NCBI GenBank assembly: GCA_951406725.2
Contig: OX597818.1
Coordinates: forward strand, 29,326,001 to 29,390,000
Direction: 5' to 3'
DNA: 64,000 nucleotides
DNA from: Octopus vulgaris
Taxonomy: Eukaryota
Position 1 is the first letter of the stretch. The number at the start of each line of letters is the position of its first letter. Below, piece by piece: positions 28,171 to 42,368 of the stretch. A program made the translations under genes and the position numbers. Under the pieces are notes generated by a model. It saw only the letters and a list, made by a program, of their open reading frames with translations, did no database searches and was not told the DNA's origin.

Positions 28171-28399
28171 TTAGGTTTCATTTAAAAACCACTACATGAA
28201 TAAAAGTCTCCCTCAGTTAATTCATTTGAAGATTAACCAGTTATTTAACAAGGCTGATAGCTGTGGCTTCAAAGTTGGAGATAGTATTCATCAAATTTTT
28301 TATAAAATAGTCTACCACACTAAATATGCAACTTGTCGCTTCAAATGTCATTTATTGATTGATTGATTATTTGTTTGTTTGTTTGTATGTATGTGTGTA

Positions 28400-29192
28400 T
28401 TGTGTTGAGTCAAAAGTTTTGCAATATTTTGATAAGTTATTTGCTTTATCTATCAAGTTAGAACAAAAGCAGTTTAGCATTCAAAGTAGATGCCACCATG
28501 TTACAACATCTGAAGCCAGCCCTTCTGTCAGTTCTTTGATTCCATGCTGATACCAGTTCTTATCCTTTAAGACAAAGAACTCCTTCACTGAAGCTTCCAC
28601 CTCCTCTTGATTGATAAATTTCACAAGTTTTAGAGGTGACCCATGGATCAGAACAAGTAATAATCTGAGGTCCAGTCTATATACTAGGTGTGACATCAGT
28701 TCAGTCCCTCAAGTTCCTGGGTATATTCTGAGTTGTTTGAGCTTGTAAGTACTTGCATTGTTAGGCTACAGATGAGCTTGCTTTCTGTTAATCAGTGCAA
28801 GTTATTTTTGCCACAATGGCATACATCCACTCCTACTATTCAGAGTACAGGTTGGTGTCAGTGGTTCAGCTGTCCAAAATGAACTCACAGTGAATTATCC
28901 CTTCATGATGCAGAGAATCATCTTGTATTTGAAACACCCAAGTTTTGGCAACAGGTTCCAGAATCTGGCCCTTGCTTAACTGCTGTTTATGCACATTAGG
29001 TATTAGATGATTCAGTGAAGGAGTTCTTTGCCTCAAAAAAAAAAAGAACTGGTTTCATCATGGGATCAAAGAGCTAACAGGAAGGTAGCATCTTGATGAA
29101 ATCTACTCTGAATGCTAGGCTGCTTTTGTTGTAATTTGATGAATAAAACAAATAAGTTACCAAAATATTGCAAAATTTTTGATTCAACACAA
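28400..29192. mobile_element. Mariner-derived non-autonomous element with long inverted ends
   Basis: TA|ttgtgttgagtcaaaagttttgcaatatttt ... aaaatattgcaaaatttttgattcaacacaa|TA; transposase C-terminus VKEFF..KNWYQHGIKEL. Confidence 0.8.
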
Positions 29193-30209
29193 TAAATGTG
29201 TGTGGTTTGCCTCTACTCCTCTTTGTCTGTCGCCTCTCACACTCTTGCAAACTTACCCATTTCCATTTTCCAATCCTCTGTTTATTTTCTTTCTTATACT
29301 TATCTTTTTGTACTTTGAAGGTTCACCATTATTTTTATCTCTTTTTCCAGCTACTCCAAATCACCCTTATATAATGCAGGGTAACTGTATATCTTTTTTG
29401 CAGCAAGACACTTGTTCTTGTCCCACTATCATACTTTAGCCTCTTATATAAAGCCACTTCCCTCTCTCCTACACTTCATTTTTTTTTTTGTTTTGAGTTA
29501 CTTGGTGACATCACTTGTGGCAGTGCCATGAAAAATGCACTCCCTATGTTCTGTAAAGTAGTTTGCATGAGGGAGGACATCCAGCCATAGAAATTATGTT
29601 GAAGAAGTACTGATACTCAACCCAGTACTCTGATACATCTGACGCTGTCTCACTGCCCAGCCCATGCCAGCATAGAATACAGATGTTAAATGATTATATC
29701 TGTCTGTCTATCTATCTAGCTAGCTATACATACACACCACATCACACCACTTCACACACACTAGCACTAACCCCTTCCCAGCACCCACACCACACACCAT
29801 CACCTACACGCCCACACACCATCATCCACACATCACAGACACACACTTACACACACACACACACACACATCAAAGTCACTGGCCCCTATCCACACACACA
29901 CATTCTCATGTACTCACACATGCATGCACACCATTGTTTTGAAATTGCTAATACTTTATTATCTCCCCTTCTTTCAACCTCTCCTGTCAAACCTTTTTTT
30001 CTAACCAGTCACCATGCTTGACTACTAAATCCACAAGGTTTTTTATTCTCTCTCTTTTATTTTCTCTTATTCCTTTCTATTGAAGAGTGTAGGCTCGAAA
30101 TGTAAAATACTTTTCCACTTTCCTAAACATCAAACTTATACAACTTCTTATTGTTCATACATCTGTCTTCATTTTTTGTTTTTCTATAAATTTCAACCAT
30201 ATATATGTA

Positions 30210-30600
30210 TGAAATTAACTGAGCAAAGACCGAGGTCCTAGTAAGCAAGGAAACAGACTGGACCCTAACAGCTTCAGGTAAATAATCCTGCCTGATATGT
30301 AGGAAAGGTGTAGGCAGGAGTTCTGTTCAATGGACCTAGTGTAAGTGATGGACTCACAGTGGAATCACAGGAAGGTTAATGGAGAAAGTAGTGCTTGTGT
30401 GTGAAAGATGCACAAGAGCTATAAAGTCTACAGATACATGAGAAATTGATTTTCTTGAGTGCCCTGGAGGCTCTCTAGAGGTTGTAGATAATTTCTGTTC
30501 CTAAGTGACATAATTTGCAATGGAGGAGGATGTTGCAAAAGTGTAATTGCTTGAATTAGAATAGGCTGAAAAAAATTCAGAGTTTTTACCTCTGTTGGCA
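30210..30600 (+). mobile_element. Degenerate RTE fragment
   Basis: Similar to the C-terminal RT region of other RTE copies (gcaaagaccgaggtcctagtaagc.., gtagataatttctgttcctaagtgac). Confidence 0.65.
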
Positions 30601-32068
30601 ACCAAAAAATTGTTATAGATGATGATTTCTGCCCAGGCAGAAGCATAATAATAAGAGACTATATAGTAGGCTACTTAAATTTTAGTGGTTAAGTTGTTTT
30701 TATTCAATTTCTAGATTGTGTGCTTGATTGTAGAATGAAATAACAGTAACAATTAGTTTTATGCACTAAGATTTGGAAGTAAACAAAATATATTTTTCTT
30801 AAATATTTCATTAATTAAAGATAATAAAACTGTTGTGATATGTTCCATACTCTGAAGCTACTCCTAATATTATCAAACAAAGCACTATAAACAATGTGTT
30901 AATATTATAGGAATAAAAAAAGAACGAAATTAAGTAATTTAACAATACAGTAGCAATGATGGGAAGAGGTATAGTAGATGCATTTAATAGATTTTTGCTG
31001 AAGTTGTACATAGTTTACTAGAATTACCCTTTAGCATTTAATCCGGCCAGATCTGACCCAAATATTCTTCCCATTTTATATTCAAACTGATCAGATTAGA
31101 TCTCTCACACCTACCTTACTGTCATTCCAAAACTAGGCAATCATATCATTGAATCTCAAAGATACAAGAACTCAAATCAATGTGAATAAATAAGCATTAC
31201 AGTTGAAAGAGTAATGTGAATGCTGAAGAATTGCTGTATAGTTAAATTTAAATTGAATTTATTTCTCAACTTTATAGTTTATATTACATTTGTGTATCAT
31301 ATTTAGTTGTTCATCTGATTACTTGTATGCCATAGGTGTGTACTCACAACATATACAGCAAAATACCTCAACTTACCTCTAGTTGGAATCGAATTGTAAC
31401 TTCAGGGTCTTACATCTTAAGATTTTACTCATTAATATTTACCATAATCCAGAGTTTCTATTCTGTTTATTCTATACTGTATGCTTTATATAATGTGAGT
31501 TGGTTTTTCAAAATCATTCCCATGATGCAGTTTCAGCACTCAGTTAAAACTGTTTCACTTTATGTATTATCAATATCTTCACAAGGCAAGGCAAAATCAT
31601 TAGCACACCAGGCAGAATGCTTAGTAGTGTTTCATCTGTCTTTATGTTCCGAGTTCAGATTCATCCTTTTAGGGTTGATAAAATAAGTACCACTTGAGGA
31701 TTGGAGTAATAAGTAATCAACTTATCCCCTCCCCATCCTTAAAAAGAAAAGGATGCATTGTATCCTGTCTGAATGAAATATGGAATAGAAGACATATGAT
31801 CATTGCTCTAACTTGGGACTGAATGCCTACATCAGCAACAACAATACTTCTCACATATTCATAGATATTGCTGGTTATGAAAAATAGATATTTGTTCCTT
31901 GGCTTCATTTATCTTGCTTGCATTGATAATTTAGATAATTCATTCTTTTTGTTATGCTTTCTTTGTTTGAATTTTTTTTTAATATTAAATCATTAATATT
32001 TTCCTACTCATTTTACCTGAGAAACAGTTGCAGCTAATAAATAAATTCATTTTTATTTCATCTCTTAG

Positions 32069-32110
32069 ATACGGAAGATATTTATGTTAATGTTACACAG
32101 AAACCTAACA
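32069..32110 (+). CDS. Host gene exon 5 (42 nt, phase 1->1): NTEDIYVNVTQKPN (YVNV)
   Basis: tttttatttcatctcttAG / GTAAGT, both strong. Confidence 0.8.
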
Positions 32111-32366
32111 GTAAGTATAATTCAAACAAATATCTTTATACTTTTTATTGCTTTACATACCAAGGTGGTAGCAAAATGTTTCCTCACTTGTTCTGCGGCG
32201 CACCAACAGGTGGCAGTACATGTGGCATGCACAGTGAGGTGTCCCGGCACAATCGTCAGTGTCTGATGATTGTGTTGGGACACCAGACATGCTATAAAAT
32301 ACTGTTTGGCATGCTCTCAGCACATGTAACTGATAATAGCACATAAGATCATATACTGCCTTTATT

Positions 32367-32409
<43 letters not shown>

Positions 32410-32610
32410 AGGATTGTACAGACAGAACACAACTAGGAGAAAAAGTTAGACAAAAGTAGAGCAAATGGAAAGCTAGATAAAAACTTAAAGGACAGGAAAT
32501 ATAGACAAAGGCACAACACAAGGAATATTTGCAGCTGAGTTTTCCTTGTCAGTCAATAAACCAAAATATCAACATGGTTTTGTGTATGTGCGTGTATGTA
32601 TATACCTATA

Positions 32611-32645
<35 letters not shown>

Positions 32646-32881
32646 GTGATGCAGCACAGATTTTTGTCAGTGAACAGGTCGCGGTCTTATAGCGACGAAA
32701 ATATTTTGACAAATTAAACTTAAATGTTGAAGTGAATCGAATGGCTTTTGTGTGTTTCTTAAATGGCTTACAAACAATATCCACACTGCAATTGTTTTCA
32801 TTCCAGCACACTATCTCAGATCAAATCACTTGCTATGCAAGTACATCTCCGTATATATATATATGTGTGTGTGTGTATACA

Positions 32882-32935
<54 letters not shown>

Positions 32936-32961
32936 AAATGTATATATATAGGTATATCTAT

Positions 32962-35900
32962 ATCATCATCATCGATTAACGTCCATTTTCCTTGCTAGCA
33001 TGGGTTGGAGAGTATGACAGAGGTCTAGAGAACCAGCTGTTCCAATCTGGTCCGGTAGAATTTCTACTGGTGGATACCCTTCCTAATACCAACGACTCCA
33101 AGAATCTAGTGAATGCTTTTTATGTGCCACCAGTACAAGAGCCAATAAGGTGGGCCTGGCAACAATCACATTCAGCTGGTGCTTTTTACATACCACTGGC
33201 ACAGTAGCCAGTCAGTGGGTACTGACATCGGTCATGATCGGTTGATGCTTTTTATGTGTCACTGGCACAGGAGCCAGTGAGGCAGACCTGGTATCGACCA
33301 TGTTCAGATGGTGCTTTTTACATGCCACCAGCATGCGAGCCAGTCTGAGGGTACTGGTATCAGCCATGTTCAGTTGGTGATTTTTACGTATCACCGCCAT
33401 GGGAGCCAGTCAAGGAGCACCAGCCCCAGCTACGATATTGATTTTACTTGACTCAACAGGTCTTCTCAAGCATATCATGTCGCCTGACGTATCAGGAGTA
33501 TTCTTAACAAGGCTAGGTGTGCATGGCTGTGATCTCACTTTAGTTACCGGGTCTTCTCAATCACCGCACAGCTCCAGATGTCCCTGTCTTCTCTCATTTC
33601 CTTTGTGAGGCCCAATGTTCAAAGGTCACACTTCACCACCTCTTGTCTTCCTGGATCAACCTCTTCCACCAGTTCCTTCTACAGTTATGGAGTGGTACTT
33701 CCTTACACAGCTGTCTTCATTCATACATAATACATGGCCATACCAGCGCAGTTACTTCTCTTGCACACCACATTTGATGCTTCTTATGCCCAACTTTTCT
33801 CTCAGGGCGCTTACACACTGTTGTGTATGCATACTGACATTACACATCCAGCAGATCATACTATCTTCATTTCTTTCAGGCCTACACATGTCCTCAGCAT
33901 TCATGGCCCATGTTTCACTACTGTGTAGCATGGCAGTTCGCACACATGCATCATACAGTCTACCTTTTACCCTCAGCGAGAGGCCCTTAGTTGCCAGCAG
34001 AGGTAGGAGTTCTCTGAACTTTGCCCAGGCTATTCTTACTCTAGTCGCTACACTCTCAGAGCAATCAGCCCCACTACAGACTTTGTTGCCTAGGTACCAG
34101 AAGCTATTAACTACTAGTTTCTTCCCCTGGAATGTGATGGAATCTGTTTTCTGTACATCTCCAGTGTTTATTGCCCCAGTGCATCAGCCACACACAAAAA
34201 CTATTGTCCCAGTTAAACTTCCTTTGATATTGCTGCACCTTTTGTGTGTCCATAGCTTACACTGGGTACATCATGTGGAGTTTCTACCCACGCCTTTTCT
34301 ACAGATCGAGCAAGGCCATTTACCTGAAGGAGGTTGTGATTTGACAGCCTTCCTACTTACTAAGACTTTGGTCTTTGCTAGGTTAACCCTTAGGCCCTTT
34401 GATTCTAGACCTTGCTTCCTCACCATGGTCAACTGCTACAAAGGTAAAGGTGATGATTTAGATAGAAATAACTACAGGGGTATCAAACTGCTGGATCAGG
34501 TGATGAAGGTCACAGAGAGGGTCATAGCCCAACTAATTAGGGAGAGAGTCAGTTTAGATGAGATGCAGTTTGGGTTCATGCCAGGGAAAAGCACCACTGA
34601 AGCTATATTTCTGGTAAGACAGCTGCAGGAGAAATACCTAGCCAAAGATAAACCTCTGTACCTGGCTTTCGTTGACATGGAGAAAGCTTTTGACAGGGTC
34701 CCCCGATCCCTTATCTGGTGGTCAATGAGGAAACTAGGGATAGATGAATGGTTAGTGAGAGCTGTGCAAGCCATGTTCTGGGATGCTGTCAGTAAGGTGG
34801 GGTTTGGTAATGAGTATAGTGAAGAATTCTGGGTAGAGGTAGAGGTCCACCAAGATTCAGTCCTCAACTCCCTCCTATTTATCATAGTCCTCCAGGTAAT
34901 AACAGAGGAATTCAAGACAGGATGCCCCTAGGAGCTCCTCTATGCTAATAACCTTGCTCTAATTGCTGAGTCACTATCAGAACTAGAGGAATGAAGCCAC
35001 TATGCTCTGCTGGACGTATAATGTCAGTGTTCGTACTCGACAGAGTATAAGTACCTTGAGAGAAAAGTTGGACCTAAGAAGCATCAGATGTGGTGTGCTA
35101 GAGAGATGGCTGCACTAGTATGGTCATGTGGTGAGAATGGATGAGGATAGCAGTGTTGAAAAGTGTCACACCCTAGCAGTTGAGGGAACCTGTGGATGCG
35201 GTAGACCCAGGAAGCATGACCTTCGAACATTAGGCCTCACTGAGGCAATGACTAGCGATCGAGGCCTTTGGAAATGTGCTGTGAGACCATAACCCGTGGC
35301 CTATGCCAGTGGTGTAACCAGCCCACTTATGCATACCTATCCTTCATTGACACTAAACTCTGCTTGCGAAGATCTGTTGAGGCAAGTGAAATTGAAATCA
35401 AATTCGATGACAGCACCGCATGACTGGGATCCATGCAGGTGTGAAAAAGTGCCACACCCTTGCAGTAGAGGGAACCTGTGGAAGAGGTAGACCCAAGAAG
35501 ACCTGGGATGAGGTGGTGAAGCATGACCTTCAAGCGTTGAGCTTCACCAAGGTGATGACAAGTGACCAAGACCTTGAGAAGACCTAACAAGCCAAGTGAG
35601 ACCATAACCGTGGCCTATGCCAGTGCAGCATAACCAGCCCATTTAAGAGCACCCTTCAATCATTGGGCAATAAACTGTGCTTGCAAAAACCTGTTGAGGC
35701 AAGTAAAGTCGTTCTCAAGGCCAATGACATTAGCAACTAATTGGCACCTGTGCCAGTGGCACGTAAAAAGCACCATTCAAACGTGGTTAATGCCAGTGCT
35801 GGTTCACTGGTCCCATCCAGGTGGCTTGTAAAAAGCACCATTCAAGCATGGTCGTTGCCAGTGCCACCTGACTAGTCCCCATGTTGGTGGCATGTAAAAA

Positions 35901-36150
35901 GTACCATTTGAGTGTGGCTAATGCCCGTACTGCCTGAATAGCCCTCATGCCAGAGGCATGTAAAAGGCACTCACTACACTCTCAGAGTGGTTAGCGTTAG
36001 GAAGGGCATCCAGCTGTAGAAACATTGCCAGATCAGATTGGTGCCTGGTGCAGCCTTCTGTCTTGCCCACCCTCAATCAAACCATCCAACCCATGCCAGC
36101 ATGGAAAGCAGATGTTAAACAACAACAACAATGATGATGATGATAATGAT
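32962..36150. mobile_element. Divergently joined RTE LINE segments (minus 32962-34419; plus 34420-36150)
   Basis: RT motifs on + at 34420-34990; RT C-terminus and 3' end on - at 32962-34419; tails at both outer ends. Confidence 0.85.
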
Positions 36151-36225
36151 ATATAGATGTATGTATATATATATATATATATATATATGGCTGACCACAT
36201 AGTGGTTCTTTAGCCCTTTAAATAT

Positions 36226-36285
<60 letters not shown>

Positions 36286-36385
36286 TTATTACAGATATAG
36301 GGTGAAAGATAATTAATTTAATAAAATCAACAAATTTCACCTAGTAGTATTTCGGTATGGAAAAGGACCGTATTCGGTAAAAACT

Positions 36386-36740
36386 TATATAATTATAACA
36401 ATAAGGGTTTTGCAACAAGTTGCTTGACCACATACCAAAAATTTTAGAAATAGCAGCCAAAGGACTACTATTTCCTTTTTCTACAAAAATATGTCTCCAC
36501 AGACAACAATATTTGTAACTCACATATGGCAAAAAAAAAAGAAGAAAAATAATGAGATCAAACAGTCTTCGGTTAATTATGGACGTACGTTTCTGGATTA
36601 GACTCATTTCTTTCATCAACATAATATTCCGATAAATCTAGAAATGAGAGGAAAACTTGCCCCCTATATTTCCGACCAAGCGTTGTTTCTAAAATTTTCA
36701 GTATGTGGTCAAGTAACTTGTTGCAAAACCCTTATTGTTA

Positions 36741-36750
<10 letters not shown>
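36386..36750. mobile_element. MITE-like element with ~65-bp terminal inverted repeats in TA context
   Basis: tatataattataacaataagggttttgcaacaagtt..gaccacatac..ttttagaaa mirrored at 36686-36750. Confidence 0.7.
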
Positions 36751-36779
<29 letters not shown>

Positions 36780-38345
36780 CTAAATGTAAGGATAAGTAAG
36801 TTAGGTGGGTCAATGTACAAAGTATATTAAAATACATATACAAAACGGTCTGATTTTCACAGAATAGAAATGATATCAAGTATTACAAATCCAACAGCTG
36901 TTTCTGGGGGATCGGGGATCCAAAATAATGTTTGTAGATTGATTGTCGAATGAGATGAGCCTCCATCTTCAGGGAACAGATCTTACATTTGAGGTGTTGA
37001 CAGAAATAAGCTCAAAGATGGAATGACTTTGTGAAGATTAAGTGTATTAGAGGAGGGAATTGGAGAGGTATTCAGATAGAGAATAGTGAGAGGAGAAAAT
37101 AAATTTCAATAATTAGGCATTAATAAGGAGGCTTGTAGGGAGTTATAGTAGTAGAGATGGAAAGTAAGAGGAAGAGGGGAGGGTGATTTAGGTAGTATGT
37201 AAATGGTAGTCCTTTATGTTACTTTGTAAGAAGGCTATACAATTAATGGTTGAGATAGTGAGAAAGGAAATGGCCATTATTTGAGAGAAATAAAGTTGAC
37301 TGGTTCAATAGCAGAGGGAGATGGCTAAGGTATGGAGAGATGTGAGGGAAGATAGGGTGGGAGGTGAATCGATGGTCAATATAGCAGTTGTTAGTAGGAC
37401 AAAGTAATTGGGTCAGTATTGGAGGGGGATTGCCATGAAATGTAGAGGTGTATGAAATTGAATAGAGGGATGTGAATAGGGATCGGGTAGAAGTTGGTTG
37501 GTTAGTATCCAAAGGAGTGGAGTAGTGGTAATTACTTTTGGTAAGGGGGAGAAATAAGAAGCTATTTAGGAGGGTGGAGAAGTTATGAGGGAAGTAGGTA
37601 GTGGTTTAGAAGAATTTGCAAAGGTTTGAGAAATTGTGCAGGTAGTTCTTATTATGTAGTAGGTTGCTAGGATGACTATGCCTTAGTTCAAGGTTAATTT
37701 TGAGTATGGATACTAATAGTTGAGATTACATAGATTTAATAAAAGATGTACCTGTATTTACAAGACAAAATTACATCAGAGAATTTATTAAATAATGTGT
37801 TGTGAAGAGAAAGGATGGTTAGCAATTTTCTTAAACATAATTTGCGCATACTGTATTTTGCATTGTTTGGGGAAGCCTCACTTATCATGGACCAGGATAG
37901 GGTACTTGGAATATTTTGAGATTTAAGGTTGTGTATATAAGTTGCTAAGGAGGTTGATAGTTTAGAATTTGGCTAGGAGAAAGAGTTCATGTATGCAAGA
38001 TAGCGGCACTTGCAATCAACTGTGTCAGCAATATATACCCTTGTTTGGTGGGAGTGTGGTGTTATAACATGGCATTTGTAGACTACATTTTTACAAAGAC
38101 AGAAGCCTCCAAGAGGGCATAGTTGAGAAACTTGACAATTGTAAGATTTCCTTTCTGCTCTGTAGTTGGAGTTTACTGCTGGGGTGGCTGAGCTCTGTTG
38201 GTTCATTATTAGTGAGGGAGAACCTGAAGTACAATCTATATCAGTATTGGATTGGGAAATGGTATTGCAGTTAGTATATGTTGTTGTGTGGGTAGAATTG
38301 TGGGAAGATAGCGTAAGTTTGGTATTATTACTCAAGCCATCTTCC
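36780..38345 (-). mobile_element. Penelope-like element 3' part (Naiad/Chlamys-type GIY-YIG)
   Basis: NCQVSQLCPLGGFCLCKNVVYKC..VYIADT..RYLAYMNSF (37973-38347) followed by a hammerhead-bearing 3' region. Confidence 0.75.
36890..36976 (-). ncRNA. Minimal hammerhead ribozyme of the Penelope element
   Basis: Minus strand UCC-CUGAAGA-UGGAGG..CCCCCA-GAAA-CAGCUGUU-GGA; palindromic ACAGCUGU. Confidence 0.6.
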
Positions 38346-39882
38346 ATCTATATGTATATATGCATGTCATCATTATCATCTAATGTCTGTTTTCCATGAT
38401 AGAATAGGTTGGACAGTTTGACAAAAGCTGTTAAGCAGGAGCTGCACTAAGCTGCAATTGTCTGTTTTGGCAAGGTTTCTATGGCTGGATATCCTTCCAA
38501 ATACCAACCACTTTACAGAATGTTGACACGTGCCGACCCCTTTACTGGGCCTCTGGAGATTCATGCCTGCTTAGTAATCATCTGACCCTCTTGCTAGATT
38601 GTTATGCTTGCCCTCCATCTCATCTCTTGTAGTCACTGTTCCATGTCACTTATGTAGTGAAAGTAAAGCTTTGTATCTGTGTATATTCAGTACTCTTCTC
38701 TACTTCTGACATCCATTTCATACTCCTCCCTTATCTAAATGAAGATGCTTGAGTTGGAAAAGATAGCATCGTATCTTTTGGTATCCAATGCACTTTTCAT
38801 TTGTTCTCTGAAGCTGCCCACCATTGCTACCTCTCCATTAAGTCAGCTGTCTCCCATTACTTCCTCTCCATTGGATCAATCTTTCATTGACATTCAACCT
38901 CTGTTTTCATCAATATCTTGACTGTTGATCAGTTGTGCTCTCTTTTACAAGCTAACCTTGCCACCTATTTCTATTGCAATGAAAATCTGGATATATGGTA
39001 ACATCACAAGTGCTGGTGCATTTAATGCATTTTGTGAAGTGTTTGATGCATGCGCAAATTTATCATAGGGTAAAATGTCTGTGACTAAATTACTAATTCT
39101 GTTATCATAAAAGAATATATCCAAAACTCTGTAAACTGTTTAGTAGATTTGCATTGAAGTATTGAGAGAACACTTTAGTCCTGTTTTGTCAAGGACATGA
39201 CAACCTTTTTAGTGCTGGTGCCATGGGAAAAAATGCACTTTGTACACACATTTTGCAATGGTTGATGTTATGAATGTAATCCAGTCTGAGAAACCACATA
39301 AACATGATAACATATGCAAGAGTTATGGTCAAGGGACCAAGCCTAGGTGGGATCTGATCCTGAACAGTCACTTTTTTTTTTTAAACAAGACTTCTCAACC
39401 AACCCTTGTCGGCATAGAAATCAAATGAAAAGTAACAATATTGGTGATGCTGGTGATGGCAGTGGCAAAGAAGAAGAAGAAGGGGAGGAGGAGGAGGCAG
39501 TCATTAAGCTAGAAATCTGCAAGCATTTTGGTTACTTTCCTTCTAGTAGAGTATACAATGTACAAAGATTTTGCAAACATTTTGGTTCATTCTTGCATTG
39601 ATTAGAGTATACAATTTAGTAACCTATATTGTAGCTTTGACAATGTGAATTTTACATTCATGTACATAATAAACTTTAGCTCTTGCAGACACTCAACTGT
39701 ATTAATGTAGTTTCCAAATGAAAAAGCAAAAATGGTGTAATATTGCTAACTCATACTAGTTTGTTCAAATATGTGTTTGAGGAAGTGAATATTTCTCATT
39801 AACATTAGTCCTGATACTTGCAGCACAATATATTTAAATATTATCTATAATTGTATGTTCTTTTTTTTTTAATTCCTTAAAG

Positions 39883-39924
39883 ATATGAATGCTAAAGTCA
39901 ATAAACCAGGAAAGAAAACTAATG
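39883..39924 (+). CDS. Array exon A (42 nt): NMNAKVNKPGKKTN, tyrosine-less
   Basis: ttaattccttaaAG / GTAAGC; in-frame 9-nt gap relative to the 51-nt copies. Confidence 0.75.
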
Positions 39925-40765
39925 GTAAGCATAATTATATTCAATTCATTAATATAAGTACATACATTTAGGGAAGTTTTAACTGACACTAGACAGTTGG
40001 GAAGAGAATATACACACTTTTAAGATAGAAACTGTGCCTTTATGAGATAGCCTGCTAAGGTCTAAAGCTCAGGTTAGTGGTTAGTGCAGGGACCCAACTA
40101 AGCATAAGTGACAAGTGGCAAAGTACTACTCAGAAATTCCCATAATAGCTAAGAGACACGATTGGATAAAATGAAAGTAAGGGTGTTTTATGTAGTACTA
40201 GAGAAGACTTGAAGGGCCAGTCTCAGAAACTACACCAAAATGAAATGATATGAGAGAATAATGATCAATAGTCTAAGCCAAGGTGTGTTGTGATAGCAAA
40301 AAGGAATTGATTTTAACTATGATGGCTTGACCAACCCATACTAGCATGGAAAGTGGATGAATGATGGTTATGATGACAATAATGACAACATAAATTAAGC
40401 AACATGTCAGCGAATATTTGGGCCTAGTTTCCTTTCAGTAGAGAAAACAGTGTAATAACCTACATATGAATATTCTTAAACAAAACTTTATAAATATGCA
40501 TTTTGTGTTACAAATATAAACTTTGCCTCTTGCAGATTTTCAAATATATTTTCACTATTTTCTATCTTTGTTAATCCTTTAATTGTACTTTACACCACTC
40601 AATGATACCCTGAAGTAAACAGATAAAAATTAAGTGAATTTGATAATTCTTACTTATACTACTTTGTACCTTTATTTATGTGAGAGAGTTAATGTTTCTC
40701 ATTAATATTAGTTCTGGCACAGCATTAATATATTTTAAATAATATCTTTCTTTAATTCTTTAAAG

Positions 40766-40816
40766 ATGTGAATGAACTTTATGCCAAAGTCAATAAACCA
40801 AGCAAGCAAGCTGATG
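40766..40816 (+). CDS. Array exon B (51 nt): DVNELYAKVNKPSKQAD
   Basis: ttaattctttaaAG / GTAAGC, phase 1->1. Confidence 0.85.
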
Positions 40817-42317
40817 GTAAGCCTAATTATATTCAGTCCATTCATAAAACTTCATAATCTTCAAGAGGTATTAACTGACACATATCACAAAGAATACTTG
40901 TGCTTTTATGGGACAATCTACTGAGCTCTAAAGCCAAGATCAATGGCTGGTTCAAGGTCCCAAATACAAAACAAAAAGTAACATGTGAAATACTATTTTG
41001 GAAATTAACATAACCACTAAGAGACAGGTTTGGAAAGAATGAAAGAAAGGGAGCTTTATGTTGTATGAAAGACTTGGTGAACCAACCTTAGAAACTACGC
41101 CAAAAATTTAATCAACCAAAAATGTTTTACTATATACAAAGAAAGACTGAACACAGTTACTACTACACAGTTTGAGTAGAAATAACAGCGTAATATAACC
41201 TAATACATAAACAAAAAAATTTTAATCTACATATTGCATTACATCTATTATAAACTTTACTCTTGGAGATTTCAAATATATCTTCCATGTTTTCTATATT
41301 AATCCTTAATAACATGTTAGGCCATCCAAATTGACAGACAGTCTGCAAGAGAGAAGAGACACTGGGTAGATGTATAGAAATTTAATAATTTACACAGTCT
41401 TTCTGATGACAATAGAAGAGAGTGAATTGACTCCAAGTGGAAGCAGCAGAGGTTCCAGCTATCTAATTTCACAGTATTACAACACGTGGAGCAATTAAAC
41501 AATCAAATTTAGGGAAGTTAGTTCATCTCTTGAGAGTAGCTTCTGAGAGATTTAGAAAATCCATGGGTCATTTAAAAATTATTTAAGAAAAGGATTAACC
41601 TGGATGAGATACTGTTTGGTTTTGTGCCAAGCTCTATCATTGAGATCATATTCCAATGAAGTACTTAGCTAGTAGTAAGTTCCTATACTAAGCATTTGTG
41701 AATTTAGAGAATGGGACTAACCTTTTGACTGAGTCATTCACTATCTGATCTGGTAGATGCCAAGGAAAATGGACTTAAATGGATAAGTTGTGTGATCCAT
41801 AGAAGCCATGTGCAGAATCAGTGTGAGCAAGTTAAGCAATAGCAATGAATTTAGTGTGCATATGGGGGTTTATCAGGACTCCGTGTTCAGCCTTTCCTGT
41901 TTATATAGGCTTCCAAGCTATAAAAGATGTATTTAAGACAAATAAACTTGGAAACACTTGTATGCTGATGGCTTAGCTTTTATATCAGAATTTGTAGAAC
42001 AATTGGGTCAGATAGAAATTCCAAAAATGATAGCAAAATCTGCACTTAAAAGATTTTAACTTGAATCTAGTAAAAACAAATGTTTTACCATGTAGGAAGA
42101 AAGACTGAGCAGACCCCATCAAGAAAATGAATGTGCTCTGTATGCAGGAAATGGGCTGAGTGTTACCAATCTAAACAATGCATACAGAAATTTCTGCTTA
42201 TACTTCTTTGAATATTTATGTATGTGAGGGAGTGAATGTTTCTCATTAATATTAGCTCTGATACTTTCAGCACAACATTACTATATTTAAATCATATCTT
42301 TCTTTAATTCCTTAAAG

Positions 42318-42368
42318 ATGTGGAAGACCTTTACGCTAAAGTCAACAAACCACGTATGCAAACTGATG
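42318..42368 (+). CDS. Array exon C (51 nt): DVEDLYAKVNKPRMQTD
   Basis: ttaattccttaaAG / GTAAGC, phase 1->1. Confidence 0.85.

Noticed and set aside
31336-31390. Candidate exon with NIYSKI motif
   Set aside because: The motif is in phase 0, the phase-1 reading hits TAG, and there is no convincing donor
33615-34931. 438-aa ORF as a novel RT fusion protein
   Set aside because: The N-terminal part is antisense RTE read through an inversion junction; the RT stops before the YADD motif
35750-35980. ~59-bp periodic repeats (also 17680-17870, 33110-33430, 59960-60230) as a CRISPR-like array
   Set aside because: Whole units are homologous with no unique spacers; they are RTE 3' UTR tandem repeats in a eukaryote with no cas genes
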